From assembly GCA_043816785.1 (NCBI GenBank), contig JBDRHP010000044.1, positions 1 through 60,492 of the forward strand: a DNA stretch of 60,492 nucleotides. The letters are read 5' to 3'. Below the pieces are notes generated by a model. It worked only from the letters and a program-made list of their open reading frames with translations, did no database searches and had not been told where the DNA came from. Source of the stretch: Candidatus Margulisiibacteriota bacterium (GTDB lineage: Bacteria; Margulisbacteria; WOR-1; O2-12-FULL-45-9). This document shows, piece after piece, positions 18,570 to 31,015 of this stretch (its first letter is position 1; each line of letters opens with the position of its first letter). A program made the translations under genes and the position numbers.

Positions 18570-21500
18570 TTGCCATTTGCTAAAAAGACCGAAGGGAAAG
18601 AATTTAGTCATATACGTATCGGTCTGGCTTCACCGGAGCAGATATTGTTGTGGTCATATGGTGAGGTGGAAAAGCCGGAAACGATCAATTACCGCACTTT
18701 CAAACCAGAACGCAAAGGTTTGTTTGATGAAAAGATTTTCGGTCCGGTAAAAGATTGGGAATGTCATTGCGGCAAGTACCGGCGTGTCCGCTACCGCGGG
18801 ATCGTTTGTGAACGTTGCGGTGTTGAGGTAACTACTTCCCGGGTTCGGCGTGAACGTATGGGACATATCCGGTTGGTTGAGCCAGTGGCCCACATCTGGT
18901 TCCTGCGCGGAGTCCCTGGTTATATGAGTTTGCTGCTGGATGTGTCTACCCGATCACTGGAAGAGGTTATCTATTATGATGCCTTCATTGTTACTGAGGT
19001 CAAGGCTGATGTAAAAAAACTAAAAGTTGGCAAGATCCTGCGCGAAGCCGAATATCAGGAAGCACTGGAAAAATATGGCAGCAAGTTTAAGGCCGAGACC
19101 GGCGCCCGCGCTGTGCGCGACCTCTTGGCCAAGGTTGATCTGGGCCAGATGGTTAGTAAACTGCGCCGGGATCTCAAGACTGCGACCGGCCAGAAGAGAC
19201 TAAAAATTATTAAACGGTTGCGTGTCTCCGAAGCATTTTACAAATCAACTAATCGGCCGGAATGGATGATAGTTGAAAATCTACCAGTTATTCCGCCAGA
19301 TCTGCGGCCAATGGTTCAATTGGAGGGCGGGCGCTTTGCTACTTCTGATCTCAATGACCTGTATCGTCGTGTGCTCAACCGCAATAATCGCTTAAAGAAA
19401 ATGATCAACATGGGCGCTCCCGAAATGATCATTCGCAATGAAAAGCGTATGCTTCAGGAATCGGTTGACGTACTGATCGATAATGGTCGGCGTAAACGGG
19501 CGGTCACCGGATCTACGGGACGGCCTTTAAAATCATTAACAGATATCATTGAAGGCAAGCAGGGCCGGTTCCGCCAGAACCTGCTTGGTAAACGCGCTGA
19601 TTATTCTGGCCGCTCAGTAATTGTTATTGGCCCCAACCTAAAGCTGCACCAGTGTGGCTTGCCCAAGGCCATGGCGCTGGAGCTTTTTAAGCCTTTTGTC
19701 ATTCGAAAACTGGTTGATCGCGGATACTCCCAGAATGTTAAGTCAGCCAAACGGATGATCGACTTGCAGGATATTGTTGTTTGGGATATTCTTGAGGAAG
19801 TCATTAAGGGACATCCGGTATTGCTCAACCGCGCGCCAACCCTGCACCGCCTGGGGATTCAGGCTTTTGAACCGATCCTGGTGGAAGGTAAAGCCATTCA
19901 GATCCATCCGCTGGTTTGCTCCGCCTTTAACGCTGATTTTGACGGCGACCAAATGGCGGTTCACGTGCCGCTGCTTTTTGAGGCACAAGTCGAAGCTCGC
20001 ATCTTGATGCTTTCTTCCAATAATTTACTTTCACCGGCTTCAGGCCGGCCTGTAGTCACCCCAACCCAGGATATGGTGCTGGGAACCTACTATATGACCG
20101 TGGCTGATGAAAGGGCCTTACAGGGCAAGGGCTGGATATTTGCCAATGACTGGGAAGCCATGGTAGCCAATGACTTGGATGAAGTCCATCTGCATGCGCA
20201 GATCAAAGTCCGACGCCACGGCGAAATTATTGACACGACTGTTGGCAGGATTAAGTTCAACTACACGTTAAATCGGGTTCTTCAGCGACGTGGCATCCAG
20301 GAAGAGTATCCCTACATTAATCACGTTCTGGTTAAAAAGGAATTGGAAAAGATTATTACCACCTGTTTTAGTAAGTATGGCAGCGCGGTCACGGCTGAGA
20401 TGGCTGACGAAATAAAACGGCTGGGATTTAAATATGCCACCCTGGCCGGGGTTTCTATTGCTATCGAGGATCTGGTGGTCCCGTCCAAGAAAAAAGAAAT
20501 TGTTGATAAGGCAACCAATCAGGTAGCTGATCTGGAACGTCATTTCCATGCCGGCAGCATCTCAGGAAAAGAAAAGTTTATTCGTTCCCTGGATATTTGG
20601 AGCGCGGTTACCGAAGATGTGACCCAGGCCATGCTCAAGGGCTTTGATAAGCTTAATTCAGTCTATATGATGGCCTTTTCAGGCGCCCGCGGCAACTTGC
20701 AGCAGGTGCGGCAGCTTTCCGGCATTCGCGGCCTGATGGCCGATCCTTCCGGTAACATTATTGATATTCCGATCAAAGCAAACTTTAAAGAAGGCTTGAC
20801 CTCGACAGAATATTTTATTTCTTCTTATGGCGCGCGAAAAGGGCTGGTTGACACGGCTTTGCGTACCGCTGATTCTGGTTATTTGACCAGACGCCTGGTC
20901 GATGTTTCTCAAGACGTAATGATTACCGAACTAGACTGTGAGACCCAGGATGGAATTGAGCTTTCGACTATCAGAGAGGGTTATGAGGAATTAATCCCGC
21001 TCTGGCAAAGATTGATCCACCGCATACCGATAAAAAATGTTTCCGATCCTTTGTCGAACAAAATCCTGGCCAAGGCCGGAGAAATGATCGACATCGAAAC
21101 GGCCAAGAACATTAATAGCGCTGGCATTGAAAAGATCATGGTTCGCTCAACACTCTCTTGTAAAACGAAAAAAGGCTTGTGCCAAAAATGCTACGGCCTT
21201 GATCTTTCCACGAATCGCTATGTCAATGTTGGTGAAGCGGTCGGAACCATTGCGGCGCAGTCTATCGGTGAGCCCGGAACTCAGCTGACCATGAGAACCT
21301 TCCATATCGGCGGAGTTGCCTTGCACAAAGCGGCCAAGGTTTCGGTTAAAACGAAGCATGGCGGGACTATTCACTTTTCAGAAGGGACTGAGATCAAGGA
21401 CATTGTTGACGAGTTGGGAGAAAAACAGAAAACGATTACTCGCAGCTCTACGCTCTACGTTAAGATCAAGGATAAAAAAGAAGAATACCCCTTGCCAGTC

Positions 21501-22724
21501 GGAGCAATGCTAACTGTTAAGCAGAATCAAAAGGTGGCTGCCGGCGAAACGATCGCTTTGTATGACCCCACTTATGAACATGTAATTTCCAGCTCTGCCG
21601 GCAGGGTCATGTATCTTGATCTGGAATTAACCGCAAAACGCAAGGAAAAAGTCGCCAAGCGCGACGGCGAGGTTTTTATCTATAATCCCAAGGTGAGCAA
21701 AAAATATGATGTGCCCAAAGGTGCGCAGGTTTTTGTCAAACAGGGGGCCAAGGTTAAGGTTGGCGATGAGCTCGCGACTGGATTAGTGAGCAAAATATCC
21801 GGCGTGGTTCTTGAGGCAAAAAAAGATAGTTTGACCGTAGCCCCTGGAGAAAATTATCTGGTGATCGCCGGCTCAAGAATCTTTGTCGAAGATGGGGAAG
21901 ATATTACCAGCTATGATGTTATTGCCAAGGTCGAGTCGATCCGCCGGGATTCCAGCAAGACCCGCGACATTATTCAGGGTTTGCCTAAGGTCGAAGAGCT
22001 ATTTGAGGGCAGGCGCCCGCGCGACGCGGCTATTCTGTCTGAATTAGACGGCACGGTTGAGGTTAAGGAAAACGAAGGCGTTCGTCTGGTCACAGTTATT
22101 GGGGCAAAGAACGAAAAGAAAGAGTATCAGGTGCCTTATGAGACGAGATTGCGGGTTATTTCAAATGACCGGGTATACCAGGGGATGCAGCTGACCGAGG
22201 GTGTTGTTAGTCCCCATGATGTGCTGAGGATTATTGGGGTGGCTGCTGTGCAGACATTTTTGGTAGATGAGATCCAAAAGATCTACCGTGCCCAGGGGGT
22301 TACGATTTCGGATAAACATATTGAGGTCATTGTCCGGCAAATGACAAAGAAAGTCAGGATTGTTGATCCGGGAATTACCACTTTACTGCCTGGTGAGTTG
22401 ATAGAAAAGAACACGCTGGCGATCTTGAATGAAAAGACCAAGGGGGAGAACGCTACCGCGACTGAGGTCTTGCTGGGAATTACTAAAGCCTCACTAACCA
22501 CGGAAAGTTTTATTTCGGCTGCTTCCTTCCAGGAGACAGCCCGGGTGCTTACTGATGCCGCGGTCAAAGGCAAAGTGGATGAAATGTACGGATTAAAGGA
22601 AAATGTAATTATCGGTAAACCAATTCCTGCGGGAACTGGTTTTGTTGATTACCGCTATCTGGAACTGGTGCCAACCGCTGGGTTGCTGGGTCAGTTGAAA
22701 ATAGCGGCTGGCCAGGAAACATAA
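18570..22724 (+). CDS. rpoC: DNA-directed RNA polymerase subunit beta'
   Basis: TTG start after GGGAGG. Zinc-binding [20 protein letters not shown] and catalytic NADFDGDQM. Confidence 0.97.
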   Translation: MPFAKKTEGKEFSHIRIGLASPEQILLWSYGEVEKPETINYRTFKPERKGLFDEKIFGPVKDWECHCGKYRRVRYRGIVCERCGVEVTTSRVRRERMGHIRLVEPVAHIWFLRGVPGYMSLLLDVSTRSLEEVIYYDAFIVTEVKADVKKLKVGKILREAEYQEALEKYGSKFKAETGARAVRDLLAKVDLGQMVSKLRRDLKTATGQKRLKIIKRLRVSEAFYKSTNRPEWMIVENLPVIPPDLRPMVQLEGGRFATSDLNDLYRRVLNRNNRLKKMINMGAPEMIIRNEKRMLQESVDVLIDNGRRKRAVTGSTGRPLKSLTDIIEGKQGRFRQNLLGKRADYSGRSVIVIGPNLKLHQCGLPKAMALELFKPFVIRKLVDRGYSQNVKSAKRMIDLQDIVVWDILEEVIKGHPVLLNRAPTLHRLGIQAFEPILVEGKAIQIHPLVCSAFNADFDGDQMAVHVPLLFEAQVEARILMLSSNNLLSPASGRPVVTPTQDMVLGTYYMTVADERALQGKGWIFANDWEAMVANDLDEVHLHAQIKVRRHGEIIDTTVGRIKFNYTLNRVLQRRGIQEEYPYINHVLVKKELEKIITTCFSKYGSAVTAEMADEIKRLGFKYATLAGVSIAIEDLVVPSKKKEIVDKATNQVADLERHFHAGSISGKEKFIRSLDIWSAVTEDVTQAMLKGFDKLNSVYMMAFSGARGNLQQVRQLSGIRGLMADPSGNIIDIPIKANFKEGLTSTEYFISSYGARKGLVDTALRTADSGYLTRRLVDVSQDVMITELDCETQDGIELSTIREGYEELIPLWQRLIHRIPIKNVSDPLSNKILAKAGEMIDIETAKNINSAGIEKIMVRSTLSCKTKKGLCQKCYGLDLSTNRYVNVGEAVGTIAAQSIGEPGTQLTMRTFHIGGVALHKAAKVSVKTKHGGTIHFSEGTEIKDIVDELGEKQKTITRSSTLYVKIKDKKEEYPLPVGAMLTVKQNQKVAAGETIALYDPTYEHVISSSAGRVMYLDLELTAKRKEKVAKRDGEVFIYNPKVSKKYDVPKGAQVFVKQGAKVKVGDELATGLVSKISGVVLEAKKDSLTVAPGENYLVIAGSRIFVEDGEDITSYDVIAKVESIRRDSSKTRDIIQGLPKVEELFEGRRPRDAAILSELDGTVEVKENEGVRLVTVIGAKNEKKEYQVPYETRLRVISNDRVYQGMQLTEGVVSPHDVLRIIGVAAVQTFLVDEIQKIYRAQGVTISDKHIEVIVRQMTKKVRIVDPGITTLLPGELIEKNTLAILNEKTKGENATATEVLLGITKASLTTESFISAASFQETARVLTDAAVKGKVDEMYGLKENVIIGKPIPAGTGFVDYRYLELVPTAGLLGQLKIAAGQET

Positions 22725-22739
22725 CTAGAGGAGAAAATA

Positions 22740-23129
22740 ATGCCAACGATCAATCAGTTAATTAGAAAAGGAAGAAACAGTAGGAAGGCCAAGAGAAGGG
22801 TGCCCGCCCTAAAAGGCAGTCCCTTACGGCGAGGGGTTTGTGTTCGTGTCTATACCACAACACCTAAAAAGCCGAATTCTGCGCTGCGCAAAGTTGCCAG
22901 GGTGAGGCTAACAACTCATATGGAGGTCACGGCATACATTCCTGGGGAGGGCCATAACCTGCAGGAGCACTCGGTGGTTCTGGTGCGCGGCGGCCGCGTA
23001 AAAGATTTGCCAGGGGTACGTTACCACATTGTCAGGGGCTCCTTTGACACGGCTGGGGTTGATGGCAGAAAACAGAGCCGCTCAAAGTATGGAGCAAAAC
23101 GCGTTAAAGGAGGAGTTGCCGGTGCCTAG
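22740..23129 (+). CDS. rpsL: 30S ribosomal protein S12
   Basis: [12 protein letters not shown] ... [11 protein letters not shown]. Confidence 0.96.
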   Translation: MPTINQLIRKGRNSRKAKRRVPALKGSPLRRGVCVRVYTTTPKKPNSALRKVARVRLTTHMEVTAYIPGEGHNLQEHSVVLVRGGRVKDLPGVRYHIVRGSFDTAGVDGRKQSRSKYGAKRVKGGVAGA

Positions 23130-23592
23130 AAATGGTCAAGTGCCCAAAAGGGAAATAGTGGCTGATCCTGTTTACGGCAGCGTTCTCGTGCAGAGATTTA
23201 TAAATAAGATTATGATGGGTGGCAAGAAGGTTGTGGCGGAAACGATTGTTTATTCAGCCTTGGGGACGATTGAGCAGAAGCTGAGCAAACCTGCGCTGGA
23301 GGTTTTTGAAAAAGCCTTAGAGAATGTAACGCCCCTGCTCCAGATTAAAGCTAGACGTGTCGGTGGTGCTACTTATCAGGTGCCAATCGAGATATCGAAG
23401 CTTCGCGGCCAGGCGCAGGCAATGCAATGGCTGCGCGATGTTTGCCGGGAACGGGCGGGAAGATCAATGGCTGAGAAATTATCCGCCGAACTGATCGATG
23501 CCTATAACGGTGCTGGCGGGTCGATGAAGAAAAAGGAAGACCTGCATAAAACAGCAAATGCTAACAGGGCTTTTGCTCATTTCAGGTGGTAA
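23122..23592 (+). CDS. rpsG: 30S ribosomal protein S7
   Basis: GTG at 23122 after AAAGGAGG gives (M)[19 protein letters not shown], the canonical S7 N-terminus. The ORF-track start at 23029 lies inside rpsL. Confidence 0.9.
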   Translation: MPRNGQVPKREIVADPVYGSVLVQRFINKIMMGGKKVVAETIVYSALGTIEQKLSKPALEVFEKALENVTPLLQIKARRVGGATYQVPIEISKLRGQAQAMQWLRDVCRERAGRSMAEKLSAELIDAYNGAGGSMKKKEDLHKTANANRAFAHFRW

Positions 23593-23601
23593 ATTAAAAA
23601 C

Positions 23602-25710
23602 ATGGCTCGAGAGCATACATTAGATAAATATCGTAATATGGGGTTTGCCGCGCACATTGACGCCGGCAAGACCACGACCACGGAGCGGGTACTATTTTAT
23701 AGCGGCCGGCTGCACCGCATTGGTGAGGTGCACGATGGCACATCGACTATGGATTGGATGGCTCAAGAAAAAGAACGGGGCATTACCATTACTTCCGCGG
23801 CCACAACCACCTTCTGGAATGATCATCGGATCAATATTATTGACACACCCGGTCACGTTGATTTTACAGTTGAAGTAGAACGTTCCTTGAGGGTCCTGGA
23901 TGGTGTGGTCGTCATCTTTTGTGCTGTCGGCGGTGTCCAGCCGCAATCTGAGACTGTTTGGCGCCAGGCAACCCGCTACAGCGTCCCACGGATCGCCTTT
24001 ATTAATAAAATGGATCGGGTTGGCGCGGATTTCTATCGAGTTGTTGACCAAATTAAGGATCGTTTACTGGCCAAGACAGTGCCCTTTCAATTGCCGATCG
24101 GCGCCGAGGATCAATTCAAAGGGATTATTGATTTGGTTGAGATGGATGCGATCATCTATGAGGATGAATTGGGCATGAAGTTTACCCGCCAGCCTATTCC
24201 CGAAGAATTGAAAGAAAAGGCGGCTAGCTATCGGGAAAAACTAGTTGAGGCGGCGGCTGAGTCTGATGATAAATTACTGGAAAAATATTTGTCGGATCAT
24301 AAGTTGTCCAAAGAAGAGGTCAGGGCTGGCTTAAGAAAGGCTACGGTTAACGCTCAAATTATACCGGTGGTTTGCGGCACGGCCTTTAAGAACAAAGGAG
24401 TTCAGGCCTTGCTTGACGCGATTGTTGATTATCTGCCTTCTCCGTTGGACAAAAAACCCGTGACAGGACTTAACCCCATCTCAGGAGAAGAAGAGCAAAG
24501 GGCAACCAGTGATGATGAGCCTTTTGCCGCGCTGGCGTTTAAGATAATGTCTGATCCCTATGTGGGCAGGCTAACTTTTTTCCGGGCCTACTCGGGTGTG
24601 CTGAAGGCTGGGTCTTATGTATCTAATTCGGTTAAGGGAAAGAAAGAACGGGTTGGCCGTATCCTGCAAATGCATGCTAACAAGCGGGAGGATATCTCTG
24701 ATATCTATGCCGGGGACATTGCGGCGGCAGTTGGTTTGAAGCATACCAGCACCGGAGACACGCTTTGCGCGGTTGATAAGCCGATTATTCTTGAATCGAT
24801 CCAGTTTCCAGAGCCAGTTATTTTTGTGGCGATCGAGCCTAAGACCAAGGCGGATCAGGAAAAACTTGGCATGGCTTTGGCTAAGTTGTCGGAAGAAGAC
24901 CCGACCTTTAGGGTAAAGGGTGATCCGGAAACTGGGCAAACGATCATTTCCGGCATGGGCGAGTTGCATTTGGAGATCATTGTTGATCGCCTGCTGCGCG
25001 AATTTAGAGTAGAGGCTAATGTTGGTAAGCCCCAGGTTGCTTATAAGGAGACCATTCGGGGTGAAGCTGAGGTAGAAGCTAAATTTATCAGGCAGACTGG
25101 CGGCCGGGGTCAGTACGGCCATGTTTATCTTAGGCTTGAGCCGCTGGAAGCTGGTAAGGGTTTTGAGTTCGTCAATAAAATTGTGGGTGGATCAATTCCC
25201 AGGGAATATGTTCCTGCGGTTGAGTCCGGGGTCAAAGAAGCAATGTCCTCCGGCGTGCTGGCTGGTTATCCGGTAATTGATGTGCGAGTCATCTTATTTG
25301 ATGGTTCGTATCATGATGTAGACTCATCTGAGATCGCTTTTAAGATCGCTGGTTCAATGGCCTTAAAAAGCGGGGTAATGAAAAGCAAGCCTGTGCTGCT
25401 TGAGCCACAAATGAAAGTTGAAGTTGTTGTTCCGGAGCAATATATGGGTGATGTGATCGGTGACATCAACAGCCGCCGCGGCCGCATCGAGGGCATGGAG
25501 TCCCACTTGGGTATTCAGACGATCAAATCCAAGGTCCCTTTGTCAACCATGTTTGGTTATTCCACTTGCCTGCGTTCCTTGACACAAGGCCGTGGAACAT
25601 ATAGTATGGAGTTTTGCGAATACGACGAAATGCCGAAGAATCTCTCTGAAGAAATCATCACAAAATCAAAAGGAACGGTTGGAGAAAAAGCGGAAAAGGG
25701 GAAGAATTAA
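23602..25710 (+). CDS. fusA: Elongation factor G
   Basis: [20 protein letters not shown] and NKMD GTPase motifs. 702 aa. Confidence 0.96.
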   Translation: MAREHTLDKYRNMGFAAHIDAGKTTTTERVLFYSGRLHRIGEVHDGTSTMDWMAQEKERGITITSAATTTFWNDHRINIIDTPGHVDFTVEVERSLRVLDGVVVIFCAVGGVQPQSETVWRQATRYSVPRIAFINKMDRVGADFYRVVDQIKDRLLAKTVPFQLPIGAEDQFKGIIDLVEMDAIIYEDELGMKFTRQPIPEELKEKAASYREKLVEAAAESDDKLLEKYLSDHKLSKEEVRAGLRKATVNAQIIPVVCGTAFKNKGVQALLDAIVDYLPSPLDKKPVTGLNPISGEEEQRATSDDEPFAALAFKIMSDPYVGRLTFFRAYSGVLKAGSYVSNSVKGKKERVGRILQMHANKREDISDIYAGDIAAAVGLKHTSTGDTLCAVDKPIILESIQFPEPVIFVAIEPKTKADQEKLGMALAKLSEEDPTFRVKGDPETGQTIISGMGELHLEIIVDRLLREFRVEANVGKPQVAYKETIRGEAEVEAKFIRQTGGRGQYGHVYLRLEPLEAGKGFEFVNKIVGGSIPREYVPAVESGVKEAMSSGVLAGYPVIDVRVILFDGSYHDVDSSEIAFKIAGSMALKSGVMKSKPVLLEPQMKVEVVVPEQYMGDVIGDINSRRGRIEGMESHLGIQTIKSKVPLSTMFGYSTCLRSLTQGRGTYSMEFCEYDEMPKNLSEEIITKSKGTVGEKAEKGKN

Positions 25711-26024
25711 TGGCAAAAAGGCAGCGAATCAGGATCAGGCTAAAGAGTTACGATCATCGCGTAATTGATCAATCAGCCGGCAAAATAGTTGAGACGGCCA
25801 AACGGGCTGGATCGTATGTTTCTGGTCCCGTACCATTGCCTACAGATAAAGAGATCTTTTGTGTTTTGCGCTCGCCGCACGTTGACAAGAAATCGCGTGA
25901 GCATTTTGAGATCAGGACGCATAAACGGTTGATTGATATTCTCGATCCGCCACCCCAAACGGTTGATGCCTTGATGCAGTTGGATCTGCCAGCGGGTGTG
26001 GACATCGAGATTAAAATGGGCTAA
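25710..26024 (+). CDS. rpsJ: 30S ribosomal protein S10
   Basis: [18 protein letters not shown]. The ATG overlaps the fusA TAA by 1 nt. Confidence 0.95.
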   Translation: MAKRQRIRIRLKSYDHRVIDQSAGKIVETAKRAGSYVSGPVPLPTDKEIFCVLRSPHVDKKSREHFEIRTHKRLIDILDPPPQTVDALMQLDLPAGVDIEIKMG

Positions 26025-26029
26025 TTTTT

Positions 26030-26662
26030 ATGGCAAATTTATTAGGCAAAAAAATAGGCATGACCCAGATCTTTAATGAGAATGGTGACGTTGTCTCAGT
26101 CACGGTAATTGAGGCGGGTCCCTGTGTGGTGACCCAGGTTAAAACTGAGGCCAAGGATGGATATCGGGCCATCCAGGTTGGCTTTGGCCAGACAAAAAAA
26201 ATAACGAAGCCGTTAGCCGGGCATCTCAAAGGGTTAAAAGCGCGGCATTTGCGGGAATTCCGGGTTGAAAAACCTGAGGATTTTAAGGTGGGTCAGGAAA
26301 TCAAGGTTGATGTTTTTAAACCTGGCGATATCGTGGAGGTGGCTGGCGTGTCGATCGGGAAGGGATTTGCCGGCGTGATTAAACGTTACCATCATGCCCG
26401 GGGGCCGATGACTCACGGTTCAAAGTCTCACCGTATTCCTGGTTCGATTGGAGCCGGGACAACTCCAGGCCGGGTTATTAAAGGCAGACCTATGCCCGGT
26501 AGAATGGGGGCTGTTCGGGTAACTGTTCCCAGCTTAAGGGTTGTGTCAATCGATACTGAGAAGAGCCTCTTGCTTTTAAATGGGGCTGTGCCTGGAAAGC
26601 AGGGCAATCTGCTGTTGATCAACAGGACCTCCGAGGCCAAGGCCGACAAGGGTAAAAAATGA
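26030..26662 (+). CDS. rplC: 50S ribosomal protein L3
   Basis: LLGKKIGMTQIF ... GKGFAGVIKRYHH. Confidence 0.95.
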   Translation: MANLLGKKIGMTQIFNENGDVVSVTVIEAGPCVVTQVKTEAKDGYRAIQVGFGQTKKITKPLAGHLKGLKARHLREFRVEKPEDFKVGQEIKVDVFKPGDIVEVAGVSIGKGFAGVIKRYHHARGPMTHGSKSHRIPGSIGAGTTPGRVIKGRPMPGRMGAVRVTVPSLRVVSIDTEKSLLLLNGAVPGKQGNLLLINRTSEAKADKGKK

Positions 26663-27282
26663 GTAAACTGCCATTATATGACATAAATGGTATAAGCAGC
26701 GGCGAGGTTTCCGCGGCCGCGAAGATTTTTGGCGTTAAGATGAATGAGCATGTCGTTCATTCAGCTTTAGTTTGGTTCCAGGCGTCCCAAAGGCGTGGCA
26801 CCCACAGCACCAAGACCAAGGCTGAGGTTCGGGGCGGCGGCAGGAAGCCCTGGAAGCAAAAAGGCACTGGCCGGGCCAGGGCTGGCAGCATCCGTTCTCC
26901 TCTTTGGAGAAAAGGCGGAGTCATTTTTGGCCCAAAACCAAGGGACTATGGTTATAGCTTGCCGATCAAAGTTAGAAAAGGGGCGTTAAGGATCGCTCTT
27001 TCTGATAAGGTACGAGCTGAGAAGGTCAAGGTTGTTGAAGAGCTCAAACTGGCTGACGCAAAAACAAAATCAGCCGCCAAGTTGTTTAAGGAGCTCAAGG
27101 TGGCTGGAAAAGTCTTGATTGTGCTGGTCCAGGCTAATGAGGGCTTTGAGAAAGCGGCCCGTAATTTGGCCGGAATAAAAATTTGCGTGTACAACGATTT
27201 AAATATCTTTGATCTGTTGGAAGCGAGCTGGCTTGTGGTAGAGAAGAAAGCCATCAAAGCGCTTGAGGAGTTTTTAGTCTGA
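26659..27282 (+). CDS. rplD: 50S ribosomal protein L4
   Basis: RGGGRKPWKQKGTGRARAGSIRSPLW. Confidence 0.95.
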   Translation: MSKLPLYDINGISSGEVSAAAKIFGVKMNEHVVHSALVWFQASQRRGTHSTKTKAEVRGGGRKPWKQKGTGRARAGSIRSPLWRKGGVIFGPKPRDYGYSLPIKVRKGALRIALSDKVRAEKVKVVEELKLADAKTKSAAKLFKELKVAGKVLIVLVQANEGFEKAARNLAGIKICVYNDLNIFDLLEASWLVVEKKAIKALEEFLV

Positions 27283-27563
27283 TGCAGCCAGAACAAATAA
27301 TTATCGAACCAGTAATCACAGAAAAGGCAGTAGGCGAGAGGGCCTTATCGCGCTACGTGTTTCGGGTCCACCCAGCTGCCACCAAGCCCAGTATTGCTCA
27401 GGCGGTTGGGAAAATGTTTAAAGTAAATGTAGTGGCTGTTAATACAAGTATGGTCAGAGCAAAGCGCAAGGTTGTGGGTAGATCAATTGGCCGGACCGCT
27501 CATTGGAAAAAAGCCTATGTTACCCTAAAGCAGGGAGAAAAAATTGAGGAGCTTGAAGTTTAA
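27282..27563 (+). CDS. rplW: 50S ribosomal protein L23
   Basis: IIEPVITEKA ... KKAYVTLKQG. Position in the S10 block. Confidence 0.93.
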   Translation: MQPEQIIIEPVITEKAVGERALSRYVFRVHPAATKPSIAQAVGKMFKVNVVAVNTSMVRAKRKVVGRSIGRTAHWKKAYVTLKQGEKIEELEV

Positions 27564-28388
27564 ATGGGAGTAAAAAAGAAGAATCCGGTCACTCCCGGAC
27601 AAAGATTTGAAATAGCAGATGACTTTTCGGACATTACCAAGAATAAACCTGAAAAATCGCTGATGTTTCGTATTCCCAAAAAAGCTGGCCGGGACTGGCG
27701 CGGCCGGATCTCTGCGCGACATCGGGGTGGCGGAGCTAGGAAACTTTATCGTCTTATTGATTTTAAGCGTACTAAAGAGATGCCGGCCAAGGTGTTGGGG
27801 ATTGAGTACGACCCTAATCGTAATGCGCGGATTGCCTTGTTGCAATATCAGGATGGCAAGAAGACCTATATTCTGGCGCCGCTTGGGCTGGAAGTTGGTG
27901 AAATGATTGAGAACGGACCGCAAGCTGACATCAAATCTGGCAATGCTTTACCGCTTAGCGCCATCCCTCTGGGGACGATGATCCATAATGTTGAATTGGA
28001 ACCTGGCGCTGGCGGCAAACTGGCCAGGTCGGCCGGGGTTGGTGTTATGCTGGTGGCCAAGGATGGAGGTTATGCTACTGTTAAGTTGCCTTCCGGAGAG
28101 CAACGCCTGGTGCATTTGCAGTGCAGGGCAACCATTGGCCAGATTGGCAATGTTGACGCCAAAAATGTGCGCATGGGGAAAGCTGGCAAAAACCGCTACC
28201 GGGGCCGCAGACCGCATGTTCGCGGCGTGGCCATGAATCCCTGCGATCATCCTCATGGTGGCGGCGAGGGCCGGGCGCCGATTGGCAGAAAACATCCTGT
28301 TACGCCTTGGGGTAAGCCAACGCTTGGCTTCAAAACAAGAAAGCCCAGAAGGCGCAGCGATCGCTTTATTATAATGCGGAGGAAATAA
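27564..28388 (+). CDS. rplB: 50S ribosomal protein L2
   Basis: [18 protein letters not shown]. Confidence 0.96.
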   Translation: MGVKKKNPVTPGQRFEIADDFSDITKNKPEKSLMFRIPKKAGRDWRGRISARHRGGGARKLYRLIDFKRTKEMPAKVLGIEYDPNRNARIALLQYQDGKKTYILAPLGLEVGEMIENGPQADIKSGNALPLSAIPLGTMIHNVELEPGAGGKLARSAGVGVMLVAKDGGYATVKLPSGEQRLVHLQCRATIGQIGNVDAKNVRMGKAGKNRYRGRRPHVRGVAMNPCDHPHGGGEGRAPIGRKHPVTPWGKPTLGFKTRKPRRRSDRFIIMRRK

Positions 28389-28390
28389 GT

Positions 28391-28675
28391 ATGGGACGTT
28401 CAATTAAAAAAGGTCCATATATTGATGAAAAACTGTTGAGGAAAATTCAAAAAATGGAATTGTCTGGTGAAAAGAAAATTATCAAAACCTGGGCCAGAAG
28501 CTCCACGATCATTCCGGATATGATCGGCTACACTTTTGCGGTCCATAACGGCAGGAAACACATACCGATCTATATTACTGAGAACATGGTCGGTCATAAG
28601 TTGGGTGAATTCTCTCACACCAGACTGTTTAGGGGCCATGGGGTGCCGACCGATAAAGCAACATCACTTTCATGA
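28391..28675 (+). CDS. rpsS: 30S ribosomal protein S19
   Basis: [15 protein letters not shown] ... [10 protein letters not shown]. Confidence 0.95.
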   Translation: MGRSIKKGPYIDEKLLRKIQKMELSGEKKIIKTWARSSTIIPDMIGYTFAVHNGRKHIPIYITENMVGHKLGEFSHTRLFRGHGVPTDKATSLS

Positions 28676-29043
28676 CAAAAGTAAAAGCGCAAGCAAAATG
28701 GGTCAGGATTGGATCTCGCAAATTGGGGCGGGTTGTTGAACTCGTGCGCGGTAAATTGGCGCTCGAAGCAATAACTTTGCTCAAATTCATGCCGCAAAAA
28801 GGCGCGAGGATTTTGGAAAAGACCCTTAGATCTGCGGTGGCTAATGCCAAGAATAATTATAAACTGGCTGAAGAGACCTTGTTGGTGGCCGAGGCGTATG
28901 TTAACAAGGGGGTCATCATGCGGCGCTTTCAACCACGGGCCCGCGGACGCATGTTCCCGATCAACAAACGTACCAGCCACTTAACTGTTTGGCTTGAGCC
29001 GTTGGCGGAAAAGAAAACGCGAGCTAAGGAGGCAAAGGCTTAA
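28672..29043 (+). CDS. rplV: 50S ribosomal protein L22
   Basis: Position in the S10 block and L22-like sequence ([39 protein letters not shown]). Confidence 0.93.
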   Translation: MTKVKAQAKWVRIGSRKLGRVVELVRGKLALEAITLLKFMPQKGARILEKTLRSAVANAKNNYKLAEETLLVAEAYVNKGVIMRRFQPRARGRMFPINKRTSHLTVWLEPLAEKKTRAKEAKA

Positions 29044-29735
29044 TGGGGCAAAAAATCCACCCAAAAGGTTTCCGAATCGGGGTAATAGAGAACTGGGACA
29101 GTTTTTGGTTCGCTAACGGTCAGGAGTATGTAAAATATTTAGCTGAAGATTTTGCGTTAAGAAAGTACTTAAAGAACAGCCTGTTCAAGGCTGGAATTTC
29201 TAGGATCTTTATTGGCCGAAAAGCCAATCAGATCGAAATTGATATTCATACAGCGCGACCTGGTCTGATCATTGGCAAAGGCGGCAAAGAGATCGCGGCG
29301 ATCCGTGAAACTTTAATGAAGAAGACCGGGAAACAGGTCCAATTAAATGTTCGTGAAGAGCGCAAGCCAGAAGCCTGCGCTGTGCTGGTGGCTGAATTTG
29401 TGGCTTCTCAGCTGGAGCGGCGGATTTCTTATCGCCGGGCGATGAAGCAAGCGGTTTCCAAGGGACTACGCGCTGGCGGCAAGGGTGTCAAGATCATGAC
29501 TGCCGGCCGATTGGGCGGCTCAGAAATTGCCCGCCGGGAATGGTATCGGGTAGGGCGCGTGCCGCTTCATACCCTGCGCGCTAGAATCGACTACGGCTTT
29601 GCCGAGGCAATGACGCTCTACGGAAAAATTGGGGTCAAGGTTTGGATCTTTAAGGGAGAAGTGCTAAAGGAAAAGGCTAAGGGGCTGACTGAGCCCAAAG
29701 CCGAAGCAACGCAAAAGGACCAGGTTGACGCGTAA
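29043..29735 (+). CDS. rpsC: 30S ribosomal protein S3
   Basis: [13 protein letters not shown] and KH domain GLIIGKGGKEI. Confidence 0.95.
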   Translation: MGQKIHPKGFRIGVIENWDSFWFANGQEYVKYLAEDFALRKYLKNSLFKAGISRIFIGRKANQIEIDIHTARPGLIIGKGGKEIAAIRETLMKKTGKQVQLNVREERKPEACAVLVAEFVASQLERRISYRRAMKQAVSKGLRAGGKGVKIMTAGRLGGSEIARREWYRVGRVPLHTLRARIDYGFAEAMTLYGKIGVKVWIFKGEVLKEKAKGLTEPKAEATQKDQVDA

Positions 29736-30145
29736 TGGTATTATTTCCTTCAAAAACTAAATATCGCAAACATCAAAGGCGCCGAGTGCGTGGCAAGGCT
29801 TCGGCTGGCGCAACTGTCAATTTTGGTGAGTTTGGCCTGCAGACACTGGAATGTGGCTACCTGACCACTAACCAGATCGAGTCTGCCCGAAAGGCCTTGA
29901 CGCATTATCTTAAGAGAGGCGGAAAAGTTTGGGTCCGGCTCCTGGCTGACAAAGTGCTGACGGCGCGGGCGGCGGAAACAAGAATGGGCGGCGGTAAGGG
30001 TGCCCCGGTCGCCTTTATTGCTCCGATCAAGCGCGGACATATTATATTTGAGATTGGCGGGACCAACCAGGCTGATGCGAAAGAGGCTTTACGTTTGGCT
30101 AGCTTTAAGCTGCCGGTCAAAACTAGGTTTGTGGTGAAAGACTAA
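29735..30145 (+). CDS. rplP: 50S ribosomal protein L16
   Basis: PSKTKYRKHQRRRVRGKA ... RMGGGKGAP. Confidence 0.95.
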   Translation: MVLFPSKTKYRKHQRRRVRGKASAGATVNFGEFGLQTLECGYLTTNQIESARKALTHYLKRGGKVWVRLLADKVLTARAAETRMGGGKGAPVAFIAPIKRGHIIFEIGGTNQADAKEALRLASFKLPVKTRFVVKD

Positions 30146-30336
30146 TGAAGGCGTCAGAATTGCGGGAATTAAATATTGATGAATTAAAGCGACGGGCCCA
30201 GGAATTGCGGCGTGAACTGATGCTGACCAGATTTGCTAAGGTCAACCAACAGTTGAAGAATCCCTTGAAATTACGCCACTTGCGTCGTGAGATTGCCAGA
30301 ATTTTAACAATTGTCCGTGAAAAAGGAGAGAAATAA
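30145..30336 (+). CDS. rpmC: 50S ribosomal protein L29
   Basis: [25 protein letters not shown]. Confidence 0.92.
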   Translation: MKASELRELNIDELKRRAQELRRELMLTRFAKVNQQLKNPLKLRHLRREIARILTIVREKGEK

Positions 30337-30337
30337 C

Positions 30338-30649
30338 TTGGATAGGGGAAAAAGAAAATCAAGGGCCGGTGTGGTGGTCAGCAATAAAATGAACAAGACC
30401 GTTGTAGTTGAGATCGAGCGGGTCTTTCAGCATCCGTTTTATCATAAAGTTGTACGTGCCAGCAATAAATTTAAGGCACATGATGAGCAGAATGCCTGTA
30501 ATGTTGGCGATCTGGTCGAGATCATGGAAACCAGGCCTATCTCAGCTGATAAGCGCTGGCGTGTGGTTAAGATCCTGGGTAAAGGCAAGCTAAGCGGCCA
30601 CGAGCGGCCAAAGAAGCGCGAAAAGAATGAAGAGGAGCAAGAAACTTGA
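30338..30649 (+). CDS. rpsQ: 30S ribosomal protein S17 (with charged C-terminal tail)
   Basis: The TTG at 30338 follows [37 protein letters not shown]. The ORF-track start at 30311 lies inside rpmC. Confidence 0.88.
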   Translation: MDRGKRKSRAGVVVSNKMNKTVVVEIERVFQHPFYHKVVRASNKFKAHDEQNACNVGDLVEIMETRPISADKRWRVVKILGKGKLSGHERPKKREKNEEEQET

Positions 30650-31014
30650 TACAACCACAGACCATGTTAAATGTAGCAGATAACACCGGGGCCCGGAAAG
30701 TCTTGTGTATTCGGGCGCTTGGCGGCTCCAACCGACGTTATGCCGGGATCGGCGATATAATTGTCGGGGTGGTCAAGGAAGCCAATCCCAATATGACAGT
30801 AAAAAAGAGTGAGGTAGTGTATGGGGTTGTCGTTCGGGTCCATAAACCGTTACGCCGGCCGGATGGCTCCTACGTTACTTTTGACGATAATGCTGTGGTG
30901 ATCATTACAAAGGAAAAAAGCCCGCGTGGCACCAGGGTCTTTGGCCCGGTTGCCCGCGAGTTGCGCGATAAGGATTTTATGAAAATAATTTCTTTGGCGC
31001 CTGAGGTTGTTTAA
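30646..31014 (+). CDS. rplN: 50S ribosomal protein L14
   Basis: TTG start. [18 protein letters not shown]. Confidence 0.95.
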   Translation: MIQPQTMLNVADNTGARKVLCIRALGGSNRRYAGIGDIIVGVVKEANPNMTVKKSEVVYGVVVRVHKPLRRPDGSYVTFDDNAVVIITKEKSPRGTRVFGPVARELRDKDFMKIISLAPEVV

Positions 31015-31015
31015 G

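Noticed and set aside
25700-25715. Absence of tuf interpreted as loss of EF-Tu.
   Set aside because: EF-Tu is essential, so the gene must be elsewhere in the genome. Only its positional absence from the str and rpmG neighbourhoods can be stated from this window.
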